Shown: positions 48,670 through 58,610, numbered from the stretch's first letter. The stretch is DNA of 64,000 nt from Candidatus Niyogibacteria bacterium CG10_big_fil_rev_8_21_14_0_10_46_36 (GCA_002772995.1 PFCO01000009.1:22876-86875), one strand, 5' to 3'. Notes: generated by a model not told the origin, from the letters alone. Numbers and translations are program-made.

Positions 48670-49926
48670 TCATTGTTTTTGAATAAGCTGTCCACGCATG
48701 GAACGAGGAGCTGTTACAGCGGTTATCATCCCATCAAAACGCAACACTTCTTCCGCTGCTGCACGGACGGCTTCTTTCGTTACCTCCCGGTACTGTGCGA
48801 TTTCTTCCTGTATGGGAACGATGCGTCCATGCCACATCAATGCATTGAGATTCCGCGCCCCAAAAGAATAGGTTTTTTCGCATGTCTCAAGGTCTGCGGT
48901 ATTCATGGTCTTCGCTTTTTCCAGCTCAGCATCAGAAACATATTCGGAACAGATTTTCTCAATCTCTTGCATAATAACCGCATGCGCTTCTTTCGGTTCT
49001 GATGTATATCCGACTACACTACTAATACCCGCATTAGAAAACCCCCAATACCCGGCTCGAATACTATACGCAAGTCCGCGCTTATCCCGCACCTCTTGGA
49101 ACAGCCGGGAAGACGAGCCACAGCCTAAAATGCACATCAGAATATCAAGCGCATAACTTCTGTCGTCAGTAATTGGAGGTGCCCAAAAACCGATAGCAAC
49201 AGCACTTTGCGTTATATGCTCCCTCACCCGTTCAGCGTATCTGTCAGCAACGCCACGCGCGGAGGGTCCCTTGAGTTCGCTTTTTCCGCTCCATGCTTTG
49301 TGAAAATTCCCAAAAAATTTTTCTGCAAGGCGTTGTGCTTTAGAATGCGATATGCCGCCTGCCATCGAGATAACTATGTTTGCGGGTTTGTAATATTTAT
49401 ACGCAAGCGTACGCAGATTGTCGGGCGTGATACGCGATACCGTTTCTTCGTCTCCAATAATGCTTCCCTGCAAACCGAGCATAGTCTCAAACAACAGATT
49501 TGTAACCGCCCTTGTGTTGTGTTCATGCCTCGTGCGCCATTCTTCTAAAATGACCTTCCGCTCTTTTTCAAATTCTTCTTCAGCAAATACGCTATTATGC
49601 AACGAGTCGGAATAAATATCCAAAAAGAGCTCTGCCTTGCTTTTGGGTCCGCTTACATAAAATACCGTCTCTTCGTAGGAAGTAAATGCATTCGTTTCCG
49701 CGCCGCATTCTTCAGCCTCACGCGCGATATCAAAGGCAGTCCGCGTAGGGGTTCCCTGAAACACCATGTGTTCATAAAAATGAGATAGACCCACCAGACC
49801 ATCCGGCTCGTTGCGGGAGCCACATTTTACCCCAAGCTGGAAAACGAATTTCCCGGTATCCCGTTTTTGCGTTACTACAGTAATACCGTTCGGCATCACG
49901 CTTAGCTGAATGTCTTCCTTCTTCAT
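48670..49926 (-). CDS. M16B family zinc peptidase
   Basis: GSRNE..GLSHFYEHM.F.GT (HxxEH), NAFT, E..VI.EE, SSRLFQEVRDKRGLAY. Confidence 0.95.
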   Translation of the reverse strand: MKKEDIQLSVMPNGITVVTQKRDTGKFVFQLGVKCGSRNEPDGLVGLSHFYEHMVFQGTPTRTAFDIAREAEECGAETNAFTSYEETVFYVSGPKSKAELFLDIYSDSLHNSVFAEEEFEKERKVILEEWRTRHEHNTRAVTNLLFETMLGLQGSIIGDEETVSRITPDNLRTLAYKYYKPANIVISMAGGISHSKAQRLAEKFFGNFHKAWSGKSELKGPSARGVADRYAERVREHITQSAVAIGFWAPPITDDRSYALDILMCILGCGSSSRLFQEVRDKRGLAYSIRAGYWGFSNAGISSVVGYTSEPKEAHAVIMQEIEKICSEYVSDAELEKAKTMNTADLETCEKTYSFGARNLNALMWHGRIVPIQEEIAQYREVTKEAVRAAAEEVLRFDGMITAVTAPRSMRGQLIQKQ

Positions 49927-50000
49927 AAAGACCTCCTTGGAAAAGATCAATTGCTCCACTTAACATATCAAAAAAATACTATATATTACAATGATAGAGT

Positions 50001-51161
50001 ATGCGTATTCTTGCTATAGAAACATCGTGCGACGAAACATCGGTTGCCGTCATATATGCCACCGGCTCTTCCACGGAGCCGGATATTTCAATACGCGCCC
50101 ACAACACAAGTTCGCAAATTAAGATACATCAAAAATTCGGGGGCGTTGTACCAAATCTTGCAAGCCGGGAGCACCAAAAAAATCTCGTTCCTATTCTTAT
50201 ACAATCCCTTAAAGAAGCGCGCATGCATGCGCGCTCAAAACGCGCCATAGCCACGCATAAAACAGTAGAACAGATACTCGTGCGCGAACAAGAGCTGCTA
50301 TCACAAACAAAAAAATATGTATTTCCTCTTCGGAAGCCTGATATTGATGCAATTGCGGTTACTGTCGGGCCGGGTCTTGAGCCCGCGTTATGGGTTGGTA
50401 TCAATTTTGCTCACGCGCTTTCCACACTTTGGAATCTCCCCATCATCCCCGTAAATCACATGGAGGGGCATATCTTTTCGGCGCTCCTTGAAACAAAAAA
50501 GCGCCGCTCTTTTGTTCCCAAGAATACCTTCCCCATGCTCGCATTGTTAGTCAGCGGAGGACACACGGAACTCATTCTTATTAAACAATACGGCTCATAC
50601 ACAATAGTCGGCGAAACGCTTGACGATGCGGCAGGCGAAGCATTCGACAAAACAGCAAGACTTTTGGAACTTCGCTACCCCGGGGGACCCGAAATTGCGG
50701 CGTACTCAGAAAAAAAACAAAACAAACGTATACACATTTCGCTGCCTCGTCCCATGCTCTATTCAAAAGATTTCAACTTTTCCTTTTCGGGTCTTAAGAC
50801 TGCGGCACTCTACGCCGTACGGGACCTCAAAAAAAAATACTCCATGAAAGACATACAGCCGGTAATAGCAAAAGAATTCCAGGATGCTGCGGTAGAGGTG
50901 CTTGTATCAAAAACCATGCACGCAGCACGCCATTATAATGTAAAGAAAATTTTGATAGGTGGGGGTGTATCCGCAAATAGAGCATTGAGGGATACGTTCA
51001 AGAAAAAAGCAGAGAAAGAAAACATGCTTCTTGCCATATCACCCCTCTCCCTCACCGGAGATAATGCGCTCATGATTGCTATTGCGGCATTTTTCAACAA
51101 AAAAAACGCGAAAAAGGACGCGTCATTGTTAAAGGCACATGGGCAATTACGCATTACATAA
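50001..51161 (+). CDS. tsaD: t6A37 threonylcarbamoyltransferase TsaD
   Basis: LAIETSCDET, GGVVP..ASR.H, GPGL, HMEGH, VSGGHT, DDAAGEAFDK, FSFSGLKT, DNA.MI. Confidence 0.98.
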   Translation: MRILAIETSCDETSVAVIYATGSSTEPDISIRAHNTSSQIKIHQKFGGVVPNLASREHQKNLVPILIQSLKEARMHARSKRAIATHKTVEQILVREQELLSQTKKYVFPLRKPDIDAIAVTVGPGLEPALWVGINFAHALSTLWNLPIIPVNHMEGHIFSALLETKKRRSFVPKNTFPMLALLVSGGHTELILIKQYGSYTIVGETLDDAAGEAFDKTARLLELRYPGGPEIAAYSEKKQNKRIHISLPRPMLYSKDFNFSFSGLKTAALYAVRDLKKKYSMKDIQPVIAKEFQDAAVEVLVSKTMHAARHYNVKKILIGGGVSANRALRDTFKKKAEKENMLLAISPLSLTGDNALMIAIAAFFNKKNAKKDASLLKAHGQLRIT

Positions 51162-51205
51162 CGCTCCCCAAAGCACTTGTTCCATGTTATTCTAATAGTA
51201 CTTTT

Positions 51206-53257
51206 ATGCCGAAAGCACTTACGCCTCAATACAATCCTCACGAGATAGAATCCCATATCTATGATATCTGGACAAGCTCTGGCTTTTTTAATCCGGACAA
51301 ACTCCCAAAGCGACACAAAAAACCGTTCACTATCGTCATTCCGCCCCCCAATATCACAGGCTCCCTGCATATGGGACATGCGCTCAATGCAACTATCCAG
51401 GACATCATCATACGCAAAAAACGGATGGAAGGATATAAGACCCTCTGGCTGCCAGGCACCGACCATGCTGGCATCGCAACACAAAATGTCGTTGAAAAGC
51501 AGCTTAAAAAAGAAGGGCTGTCGCGCTACAAACTTGGTAAAGAAAAATTCATAGAGCGCATCTGGGAATGGAAAGAGCAATACGGAAACACAATTCTTGA
51601 ACAACTAAAAAAACTTGGCGCATCTTTGGATTGGACACGCACCCGATTCACAATGGACGAACAATACCAGGAAGCGGTAAGAAAAGCGTTCTTGCATTAT
51701 CACAAAAAAAATATGCTCTACAAGGCGGAGAAAGTCATCAACTGGTGCACAAGATGCGGGACATCGCTCTCCGACCTAGAAATTGAATACAAGGAAGAGC
51801 ATGCAAAACTTTACTATATCCAATATCCAATAAAGGATTCTGATAATCACGTTACCGTTGCAACAACCCGCCCCGAAACAATGCTCGGCGATACCGCGGT
51901 TGCCGTACATCCGAAAGATAGCCGGTATAAAAACATTGCGGGGAAAATGCTTATTCTTCCAATCCATCACCGTGAAATTCCTGTGGTTACGGACGAAAAA
52001 GTAGAAAAAGAATTCGGGACCGGAGCGGTAAAAGTAACCCCCGCGCATGATTTGTTGGATGCCGAAATTGGCGAACGACACAACCTCCCAGTTATGAAAG
52101 TCATCGGCCCCGACGGAAAGATGACAAAAGACGCAGGACCCGTCTGTGAGGGATTAAAAGTGAGCGATTGCCGAAACGCCGTTCTAGAAGCACTAAAAAA
52201 AGAGAACGCGCTTGAAAAAGAAGAAGACTATACCCACAATATTGCGCTCTGTTACCGATGCGCCACTCCCATAGAACCAATGCCGAGCATGCAGTGGTTT
52301 TTGAAAATGGAAGATCTTGCAAAAAAAGCGCTTACGGAGGTTAAAAAGGGGCGCGTGGCATTCCATCCTCAACGCTGGGAAAAAGTATATACCGACTGGC
52401 TAGAAAACATCCGCGACTGGACCATATCGCGCCAGATCTGGTGGGGACACGCCATTCCCCTTGAAGGAGAAGAGGATGTATTAGACACATGGTTTTCTTC
52501 CGCATTATGGCCATTTGCGACACTCGGCTGGCCCGAAAAAACTGACGACCTAAAAACATATTACCCCACACAAGTACTATCAACCGCACGCGATATCATC
52601 AATCTTTGGGTAACGCGAATGATATTTTCCGGAATGGAATTCATGGATGGAAAACCGTTTAGCGATGTTATCATCCACGCAACGATACTCACTAAAGACG
52701 GAAAGCGCATGTCAAAATCGCTTGGCACCGGCATCGATCCAATAAGTCTCATAGAACAGTACGGTTCGGATGCAACCCGTTTCGGCCTTATCTGGCAAGC
52801 GATGGGCAACCAAGACATTCATTGGTCGGAAGAACATGTGCGCGCGGGGAAAAAATTCTTAAACAAGATATGGAATTCCGCCCGCTTCGCTCTTATGCGC
52901 CTCCCTGAAGAAATAGAAGTTCCGACCTCGCCGCCGGACGCAAAAACAGAAGAAGCAAAAACGATTCTTTCCGCGCTCAAAACACTCAAAAAAAATGTAC
53001 ACAAACAAACAGACATGTACGAATTCGGGCACGCACTTCATGAGCTGTACGAATTTTACTGGCACGCATTTTGTGATGTATATCTGGAACATATAAAGCA
53101 ATCGCACGAAGAAGAACATGCGCATGTGCTCGTATATACGCTTGCTGAATCCCTGAAGCTCCTACACCCCTTCATCCCCCATATCACTGAGCACATTTGG
53201 GAGCTGCTTCCCCACAAAGAAAGAAAATTGCTTATAATAGAAGAGTGGCCCGCATAG
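51206..53257 (+). CDS. valS: Valine--tRNA ligase (compact, 683 aa)
   Basis: PPPNITG.LHMGH, DHAGIATQ, ATTRPET, DW.ISRQIWWGH, DVLDTWFSS, RMSKS. Confidence 0.98.
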   Translation: MPKALTPQYNPHEIESHIYDIWTSSGFFNPDKLPKRHKKPFTIVIPPPNITGSLHMGHALNATIQDIIIRKKRMEGYKTLWLPGTDHAGIATQNVVEKQLKKEGLSRYKLGKEKFIERIWEWKEQYGNTILEQLKKLGASLDWTRTRFTMDEQYQEAVRKAFLHYHKKNMLYKAEKVINWCTRCGTSLSDLEIEYKEEHAKLYYIQYPIKDSDNHVTVATTRPETMLGDTAVAVHPKDSRYKNIAGKMLILPIHHREIPVVTDEKVEKEFGTGAVKVTPAHDLLDAEIGERHNLPVMKVIGPDGKMTKDAGPVCEGLKVSDCRNAVLEALKKENALEKEEDYTHNIALCYRCATPIEPMPSMQWFLKMEDLAKKALTEVKKGRVAFHPQRWEKVYTDWLENIRDWTISRQIWWGHAIPLEGEEDVLDTWFSSALWPFATLGWPEKTDDLKTYYPTQVLSTARDIINLWVTRMIFSGMEFMDGKPFSDVIIHATILTKDGKRMSKSLGTGIDPISLIEQYGSDATRFGLIWQAMGNQDIHWSEEHVRAGKKFLNKIWNSARFALMRLPEEIEVPTSPPDAKTEEAKTILSALKTLKKNVHKQTDMYEFGHALHELYEFYWHAFCDVYLEHIKQSHEEEHAHVLVYTLAESLKLLHPFIPHITEHIWELLPHKERKLLIIEEWPA

Positions 53258-53279
53258 CGGATTCTGTTGCCACTCTTGC

Positions 53280-54026
53280 ATGAACGAATCTCTTCTTATC
53301 ATATCAACATCAGCGCTCTATGCGTTTCTCGGAAGCATCATCCCCGTGATAATTTGGTTATGGTTTTGGCTGAAGGAAGACCCGCATCCCAATCCCCGAC
53401 GGATACTCATTGCCACCTTTTTGGGAGGAGCGCTTGCAGTACCCATTGCACTTATCGGAGAAATACTCGCCGCTAAATCTGCGGAAGCGATAGGTATATT
53501 CAACGAAACAACCTTTCCTTTTATGCTTTTGTTTGCATGGGCGGGGATAGAGGAATTCACAAAATACAAAGCAACAAGCATTATCGCGCTCCATCGCCCT
53601 GGATTCAATGAACCAATCGACGCACCCATCTATCTGATAACTGCCGCACTCGGATTTGCGGCATTTGAAAACACCATCTTCCTGTTTAATGCGTTCCAAG
53701 AAGCGCCGGTGCTCGGGCTTATTACCGGACAACTGCGGTTCTTGGGAGCAACATTGCTCCACGTGACCGCGTCGGGCATTGTAGGTGTGAGTATTGCCTA
53801 TTCGTTTTTCCATGCAGAATCGCGCAAAAGAAACGTATTCGGCGGCCTCTTCACAGCAACATTATTGCACACGCTTTTTAATTTCTTTATACTAAAACAA
53901 GAGAACGGTAATGCGTTGCAAGTATTCATCGGCGTATGGATAGCAGCAATCATTTTTATGCTTCTCTTAGAAAAAGTAAAACGCATACGCCCGCCGTATA
54001 AATTCCCGCGCATGCGTTCATCATAA
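53280..54026 (+). CDS. prsW: PrsW family intramembrane metalloprotease
   Basis: IEEFTK, ALGFAAFEN, LLH...SG, LLHTLFN. Confidence 0.92.
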   Translation: MNESLLIISTSALYAFLGSIIPVIIWLWFWLKEDPHPNPRRILIATFLGGALAVPIALIGEILAAKSAEAIGIFNETTFPFMLLFAWAGIEEFTKYKATSIIALHRPGFNEPIDAPIYLITAALGFAAFENTIFLFNAFQEAPVLGLITGQLRFLGATLLHVTASGIVGVSIAYSFFHAESRKRNVFGGLFTATLLHTLFNFFILKQENGNALQVFIGVWIAAIIFMLLLEKVKRIRPPYKFPRMRSS

Positions 54027-54048
54027 TTTCTCATTATCTTCATATTTT

Positions 54049-54537
54049 ATGTCTAAAACACGATCCTTTTTTGAGCGGCTTACCGGAAGCATTCCGGCAG
54101 ATGAGTTTGATGGCGATATGATAGAGGAAGAAAAGCCAGCCATGTCATCTCCTGAGCCGCATCATATAACGCACCCGCACAATAACGAAGCTCCTCTCCA
54201 GGAAGAAGAAGCGCAGTTGACCGTTGATATGCATCAAACATCGGATGAAATTATTATCGAAGCAATGGTAGCGGGAGTAAAACCGGAAGATCTTGATGTT
54301 TCTATTACCCAAGATATGGTCACCATAAACGGAAAGCGCTCAAAGTCATCGACAGTACATGATGACAACTACTACTATCAAGAGCTGTATTGGGGGGGGT
54401 TTTCACGCTCCATACTTCTTCCGCAAGAAGTAGACTCCGAAGAAGCAGAGGCTACTATGAAACACGGGCTTTTGACCATACGCCTTCCGAAACTAGACAA
54501 AACAAAAGTACAAAAATTAAAAATAAAGAACGGGTAG
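54049..54537 (+). CDS. Hsp20/alpha-crystallin small heat-shock protein
   Basis: VD..Q, AGVKPEDLDV, G.FSRSI.LP..VD, GLLTIRLPK. Confidence 0.95.
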   Translation: MSKTRSFFERLTGSIPADEFDGDMIEEEKPAMSSPEPHHITHPHNNEAPLQEEEAQLTVDMHQTSDEIIIEAMVAGVKPEDLDVSITQDMVTINGKRSKSSTVHDDNYYYQELYWGGFSRSILLPQEVDSEEAEATMKHGLLTIRLPKLDKTKVQKLKIKNG

Positions 54538-54633
54538 CTGAAACGCAACAAAAATCCCGCACATGCTGGGATTTTTGTATATGTGCAACCGGTTGCCCAA
54601 AAAAAGAACTTCTGTTATATTTTTCAGTATGCC

Positions 54634-54705
54634 GCCGCGGTAGCTCAGTGGTAGAGCAGTGGCCTGAAGAGCCTCGTGTCGGGGGTCCGATTCCCTCCCG
54701 CGGCA
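54634..54705 (+). tRNA. tRNA-Phe(GAA), atypical
   Basis: GCCGCGGTAGCTCAGTGGTAGAGC-A-GTGGC-CTGAAGA-GCCTC...GGGGG-TCCGATT-CCCTC-CCGCGGCA. Confidence 0.9.
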
Positions 54706-54741
54706 TATAAATAGACACAACAAAACTCTTTGCTCGTTTTC

Positions 54742-55017
54742 ATGGACCAAAATAAAAATACATTCCAAGAATCTCCTATAGATCTTTCGCATGTGCAACC
54801 AAAACCCTCCCCGAAACATATTACTCCGGAGGGTGCGGGGCACACACGTGACTCGCTCACGGAGACCATCTTACGATCCGGAATAATAAAAAGCGAAACC
54901 CAATTGCGATATATCGTAATGATTTTTATCATTGCTGTTTTTATCATCGTATTTTTGTACTTATCAGGGAGCAGCAATGGAGACCTCCCTCCTCCTCCGC
55001 CGGGATATGACATCTAA
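54742..55017 (+). CDS. Small single-TM protein with poly-Pro tail
   Basis: ORF ends 4 nt before the pilin gene; one TM; LPPPPPG. Confidence 0.65.
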   Translation: MDQNKNTFQESPIDLSHVQPKPSPKHITPEGAGHTRDSLTETILRSGIIKSETQLRYIVMIFIIAVFIIVFLYLSGSSNGDLPPPPPGYDI

Positions 55018-55021
55018 CATC

Positions 55022-55600
55022 ATGAAGCAATCGTACGGTTTTACTCTTATTGAGCTCCTGGTTGTTGTCGCTATCATCGGCACCCTCGCCTCAGTGATAC
55101 TCGCAAGCGTGAACAACGCACGAAAAAATAGCCGTGCTGCTCGCATTGTTGCTGATATGGACGCTATCGCAAAAGGATGGAGACTATGGCAGGCAGATAC
55201 GAACACAGTATTTATCAATGAAAATACATATGGCAATGTGAATGCTGATGCGCCCTGCCATGACGAGCCGGTGCTTTCTGACACCGACCTCTTTTCTGAT
55301 GCATCGGGAACACCCGGCTGGAACGGTCCGTATCTGCAGGCAATCCCACTTGACCCCTTCGGTAGAGAGTATTCGTATGATTATGATAGTGATACTTGGA
55401 ATCCGCCGGGCAATAAATGGGGTGGCGTAAATATACAGATACAATGGTGTTCCGGGGAGGGCGCAGAATATCTGGAACTTGCGCCTCTGATAGACGCTGC
55501 GTATGATAATGGTGACGGAGCTGATTTGGGCATTTTTAAGTGGGACAATTCAGCTCCTGGCGGGTACGGCATCCTGCTTGCTCCCGCAGGAAATCAGTAA
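55022..55600 (+). CDS. Type IV pilin / GspG-like prepilin
   Basis: Class III signal G|FTLIELLVVVAIIG.LA; GspG-like W.GPYL..IP.DPFG..Y.Y. Confidence 0.92.
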   Translation: MKQSYGFTLIELLVVVAIIGTLASVILASVNNARKNSRAARIVADMDAIAKGWRLWQADTNTVFINENTYGNVNADAPCHDEPVLSDTDLFSDASGTPGWNGPYLQAIPLDPFGREYSYDYDSDTWNPPGNKWGGVNIQIQWCSGEGAEYLELAPLIDAAYDNGDGADLGIFKWDNSAPGGYGILLAPAGNQ

Positions 55601-55683
55601 AAATACTTGACTTTTACATATTATTGTGCTACTATGTTGCATGATAATTAAAGTTCTTTCCCAACAACAAGGAGGACATGAAA

Positions 55684-56169
55684 ATGTCCAAAACACAAAA
55701 GAAACGTGAAAAAAGACGCAAAAAAAGAGAACGAAGGAGGCTAGACAAAGCAGCAGAGAAAGCAGTTCGGCAATACAGCGCGCCGGATCCTGCCCCCACC
55801 GAAGAAACATATTTCCCCTTCCAAGGTGATATACATAACATACTGCAATCGCTCGGATTCCCATCCGCAGATGAGCCCGAACAAGAAAACGGCGTCGTAT
55901 GCTTCGCAGAAGCAAAAAACCACTGCCTACATCCGTATATTGCCATTCGTGCCTTTCTCGGATGCACAAAAAAAGAGAGCGACATAAGAAAAGAATACGA
56001 GAAAGCCAAGCGGAGAGGGTTTGCGGTCTGGAGACCAACACTTATGCCGAGAGGATGGGACATATCTATAAAAAAGAAAACGGACTCCGGGCAATTTTTA
56101 AAATTACCCACGACAGAAGACCCCCAAGAAGCAAAAATGTTACTTTGCAAAGAAGTGCGGACAGCATAA
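55684..56169 (+). CDS. Hypothetical protein with Arg/Lys-rich N-terminus
   Basis: Own promoter (TTGACT-N17-TACTAT), AAGGAGG SD and terminator; start 55678 or 55684. Confidence 0.7.
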   Translation: MSKTQKKREKRRKKRERRRLDKAAEKAVRQYSAPDPAPTEETYFPFQGDIHNILQSLGFPSADEPEQENGVVCFAEAKNHCLHPYIAIRAFLGCTKKESDIRKEYEKAKRRGFAVWRPTLMPRGWDISIKKKTDSGQFLKLPTTEDPQEAKMLLCKEVRTA

Positions 56170-56173
56170 ATAA

Positions 56174-56205
56174 AAACGCCCGACTACATACATAGTCGGG
56201 CGTTT
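56174..56205. terminator. Bidirectional terminator
   Basis: AAACGCCCGACTA-cataca-TAGTCGGGCGTTT. Confidence 0.78.
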
Positions 56206-56211
56206 CACTTT

Positions 56212-56682
56212 TTATTCGCCGTAGATACGCTTCTGGCGCATATGCTCTGCTCTTTTATTGAATTCCTCCGCCTCATCCAAGACGCTTTCGAGTGCTTTTT
56301 CTTTTTCTTCTATTTTTTGTTCGATATTACTGATCTCTCTTTGAATATTTGCTATGTATTGCGGGCCGTCTCCCTCCTCACGCGCACGGTCAAGATCTTT
56401 TTGGAATTGGTCTAATGCAGTATAAAAATACACGATGTCGTCTTCTAATGCTTTTTTTCTGGGAAGCACTTCTTTTTCGGATTTGATATCGAAACCTTGT
56501 TCGATATCTACCACATTATCCCCATCCTTCCCGCCATATTCAAAAAAATCACGCTCAAATTGCTTTGCGTATGAATGACGCTCATCCTCTTTCTTTTTTT
56601 CAGCGAGCTTTTTTTCAAGCGATATTACGTTGTCCTTTTCCTCTGGGGAATGCTCAAATCGTTCTTTCATATTATTATGCAT
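56212..56682 (-). CDS. Acidic coiled-coil hypothetical protein
   Basis: Overlaps the sod stop; E/K-rich heptads. Confidence 0.7.
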   Translation of the reverse strand: MHNNMKERFEHSPEEKDNVISLEKKLAEKKKEDERHSYAKQFERDFFEYGGKDGDNVVDIEQGFDIKSEKEVLPRKKALEDDIVYFYTALDQFQKDLDRAREEGDGPQYIANIQREISNIEQKIEEKEKALESVLDEAEEFNKRAEHMRQKRIYGE

Positions 56683-57274
56683 GAAATCTCTTTTCTGCCT
56701 CCTGCCAGTTCACCGTGTTCCACCAAGCAGCAATATAGTCCGGCCGCTTGTTCTGATATGTAAGATAATACGCGTGCTCCCAAACATCAAGCCCCAAAAG
56801 CGGAACCTGCCCATCCATAAGAGGACTGTCCTGGTTTGCGGTACTAATCACAGCCAATGCGCCATTGTATTTTACAAGCCATGCCCAACCCGACCCGAAC
56901 CGGCCTGTTGCCGCTTTTGCAAATCCCTCTTTAAACCCAGAAAATCCTCCAAATGTTTCTTGTATTGCGGCCGCAATACTGCCCTGCGGCTCACCTCCCC
57001 CCTCCGGGCTCATGCTCGCCCAAAACAAAGAATGATTCGCATGCCCCCCACCGTTATTAATAACGGCTTGGCGTATATCTTCGGGGATATACTCGACATC
57101 CCGCAATAAATCTTCAATGCTTTTTCCCTGCAATTCGGGATATCCCTCAAGCGCCGCATTCAGCTTATCAACATATCCCTGATGGTGTTTTGTATGGTGG
57201 ATCTCCATAGTACGCGCGTCAATATAAGGTTCGAGCGCATCGTATGCATATGAAAGTTTTGGAAGCGTGTGCAT
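56675..57274 (-). CDS. sodA: Fe/Mn superoxide dismutase (Mn-type signature)
   Basis: [34 protein letters not shown]. Confidence 0.97.
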   Translation of the reverse strand: MHTLPKLSYAYDALEPYIDARTMEIHHTKHHQGYVDKLNAALEGYPELQGKSIEDLLRDVEYIPEDIRQAVINNGGGHANHSLFWASMSPEGGGEPQGSIAAAIQETFGGFSGFKEGFAKAATGRFGSGWAWLVKYNGALAVISTANQDSPLMDGQVPLLGLDVWEHAYYLTYQNKRPDYIAAWWNTVNWQEAEKRFHA

Positions 57275-57321
57275 AGCAATATCCTTGTTATCTATAATAA
57301 CTAATCTTTAGTATATCACGA

Positions 57322-58284
57322 CTATCCCCGAAATATTAGAAATCCGATATACAACACATACAACACCAAAAAAAGCGCGCCGTTCTTTCTCGTGAGCGCG
57401 TGTTTTTTGCCCACGAACATAAATGAGAAAAAGATAAGCGTTGCCGCAACTAAGAATACGAGATCCGCGTTAATGAATGAGGGCACCGTAATAGGCGCGA
57501 ACAGCGAAGTAAATCCTAATATCCAAAAAATGTTGAAAATATTCGAGCCGACAATATTGCCTACGGCAAGATCCATTTCTTGCTTGCGAGCTGCAGCCAC
57601 CGAGGTAACCAGTTCCGGCAACGAGGTTCCGAGCGCAATAATAGTTGCGGAGATTAAAAATTGGCTCAATCCAAACTGCTGCGCGATAAACACCGCGCCA
57701 TCGACCGTCCAATTGCCTCCAACATACAAACCAACAACCCCTCCGGCCATAAACAAGAGCATTCCCCCGTAGCTACGCTGTTTGATATCAATATCTTTTT
57801 CACTGAAACGCGTGCGTCCGCTCCGCACCGTTTCAAAAATGTAGTATAAAAATATCGCAAAAAAGAGGAGGAGTATAAGCCCGTCTCCCCGGGTAAGTTG
57901 CGGGGGATATATGCCATCAATTAAAAAATCATTTGCAAGGACAAACAGCGCCAATACCGCCATAAAGGAAAGTGGGATTTCACGCCACACGGTAGAATAC
58001 TTTATCGTAATAGGAGCAATAACCGCGGCAATTCCTAGTATTAAAAGCGTGTTTGATATATTGCTCCCGATAATGTTACCAAATGCAACTTCTGTATTCC
58101 CTCCAAGTGCGGCAAAGATATTCACAATGAGCTCCGGCATAGAAGTGCCGAATGCCACGATAGTTAAGCCAATCACCAACGGCGGGATACCGCTCCTTTT
58201 CCCAAGCGCAGATGCGCCATCGACAAGCCAATCCGCCCCCTTTACAAGAAGAAATAATCCTATGCAAAAAAGAATATATACCAT
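57322..58284 (-). CDS. Ca2+/Na+ antiporter (YrbG-like CaCA family)
   Basis: Alpha repeats GTSMPEL/GNIIGSN and GTSLPEL/GNIVGSN. Confidence 0.95.
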   Translation of the reverse strand: MVYILFCIGLFLLVKGADWLVDGASALGKRSGIPPLVIGLTIVAFGTSMPELIVNIFAALGGNTEVAFGNIIGSNISNTLLILGIAAVIAPITIKYSTVWREIPLSFMAVLALFVLANDFLIDGIYPPQLTRGDGLILLLFFAIFLYYIFETVRSGRTRFSEKDIDIKQRSYGGMLLFMAGGVVGLYVGGNWTVDGAVFIAQQFGLSQFLISATIIALGTSLPELVTSVAAARKQEMDLAVGNIVGSNIFNIFWILGFTSLFAPITVPSFINADLVFLVAATLIFFSFMFVGKKHALTRKNGALFLVLYVLYIGFLIFRG

Positions 58285-58360
58285 GTCTTCTATTATACCA
58301 AAGCACCCGTTATATATTGAAAAATATCCCTTTTCCTCATATAGTATAATGAAGATTGAG

Positions 58361-58432
58361 CCCCTTGTAGCTCAATGGATAGAGCAGCGGTCTTCTAAGC
58401 CGTTGATGTGGGTTCGATTCCTACCGAGGGGA
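58361..58432 (+). tRNA. tRNA-Arg(TCT)
   Basis: CCCCTTGTAGCTCAATGGATAGAGC...CTTCTAA...GGTTCGATTCC...CGAGGGGA. Confidence 0.93.
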
Positions 58433-58446
58433 TATGGTTTTGGGCT

Positions 58447-58487
58447 CGCCCCGTTAGAAATGTTCCTAAAAGATTTTTAACGGGGCG
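58447..58487. repeat. Inverted repeat CGCCCCGTTAGAAA...TTTTTAACGGGGCG overlapping the tRNA-Val 5' end
   Basis: 14-bp arms, 13/14 Watson-Crick plus one G:U, 13-nt loop. Confidence 0.75.
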
Positions 58488-58556
58488 CTTAGCTCAGCTG
58501 GCTAGAGCGACTCGTTTACACCGAGTAGGCCGGGGGTTCGAGTCCCTCAGCGCCCA
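58483..58556 (+). tRNA. tRNA-Val(TAC)
   Basis: GGGCGCTTAGCTCAGCTGGCTAGAGC...TTTACAC...GGTTCGAGTCC...AGCGCCCA. Confidence 0.96.
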
Positions 58557-58610
58557 CTTATGAATAAAAATACTGGTGCATATGCCGGTGTTTTTATTAT
58601 GATAGAAGTA

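Noticed and set aside
54932-55021. Longer N-terminus for the pilin, and similar upstream extensions for rpsE, htpX, guaB, recJ, pilM and uvrC
   Set aside because: The extensions overlap other genes, promoters or terminators; downstream starts fit the family N-termini and SD/-10 spacing
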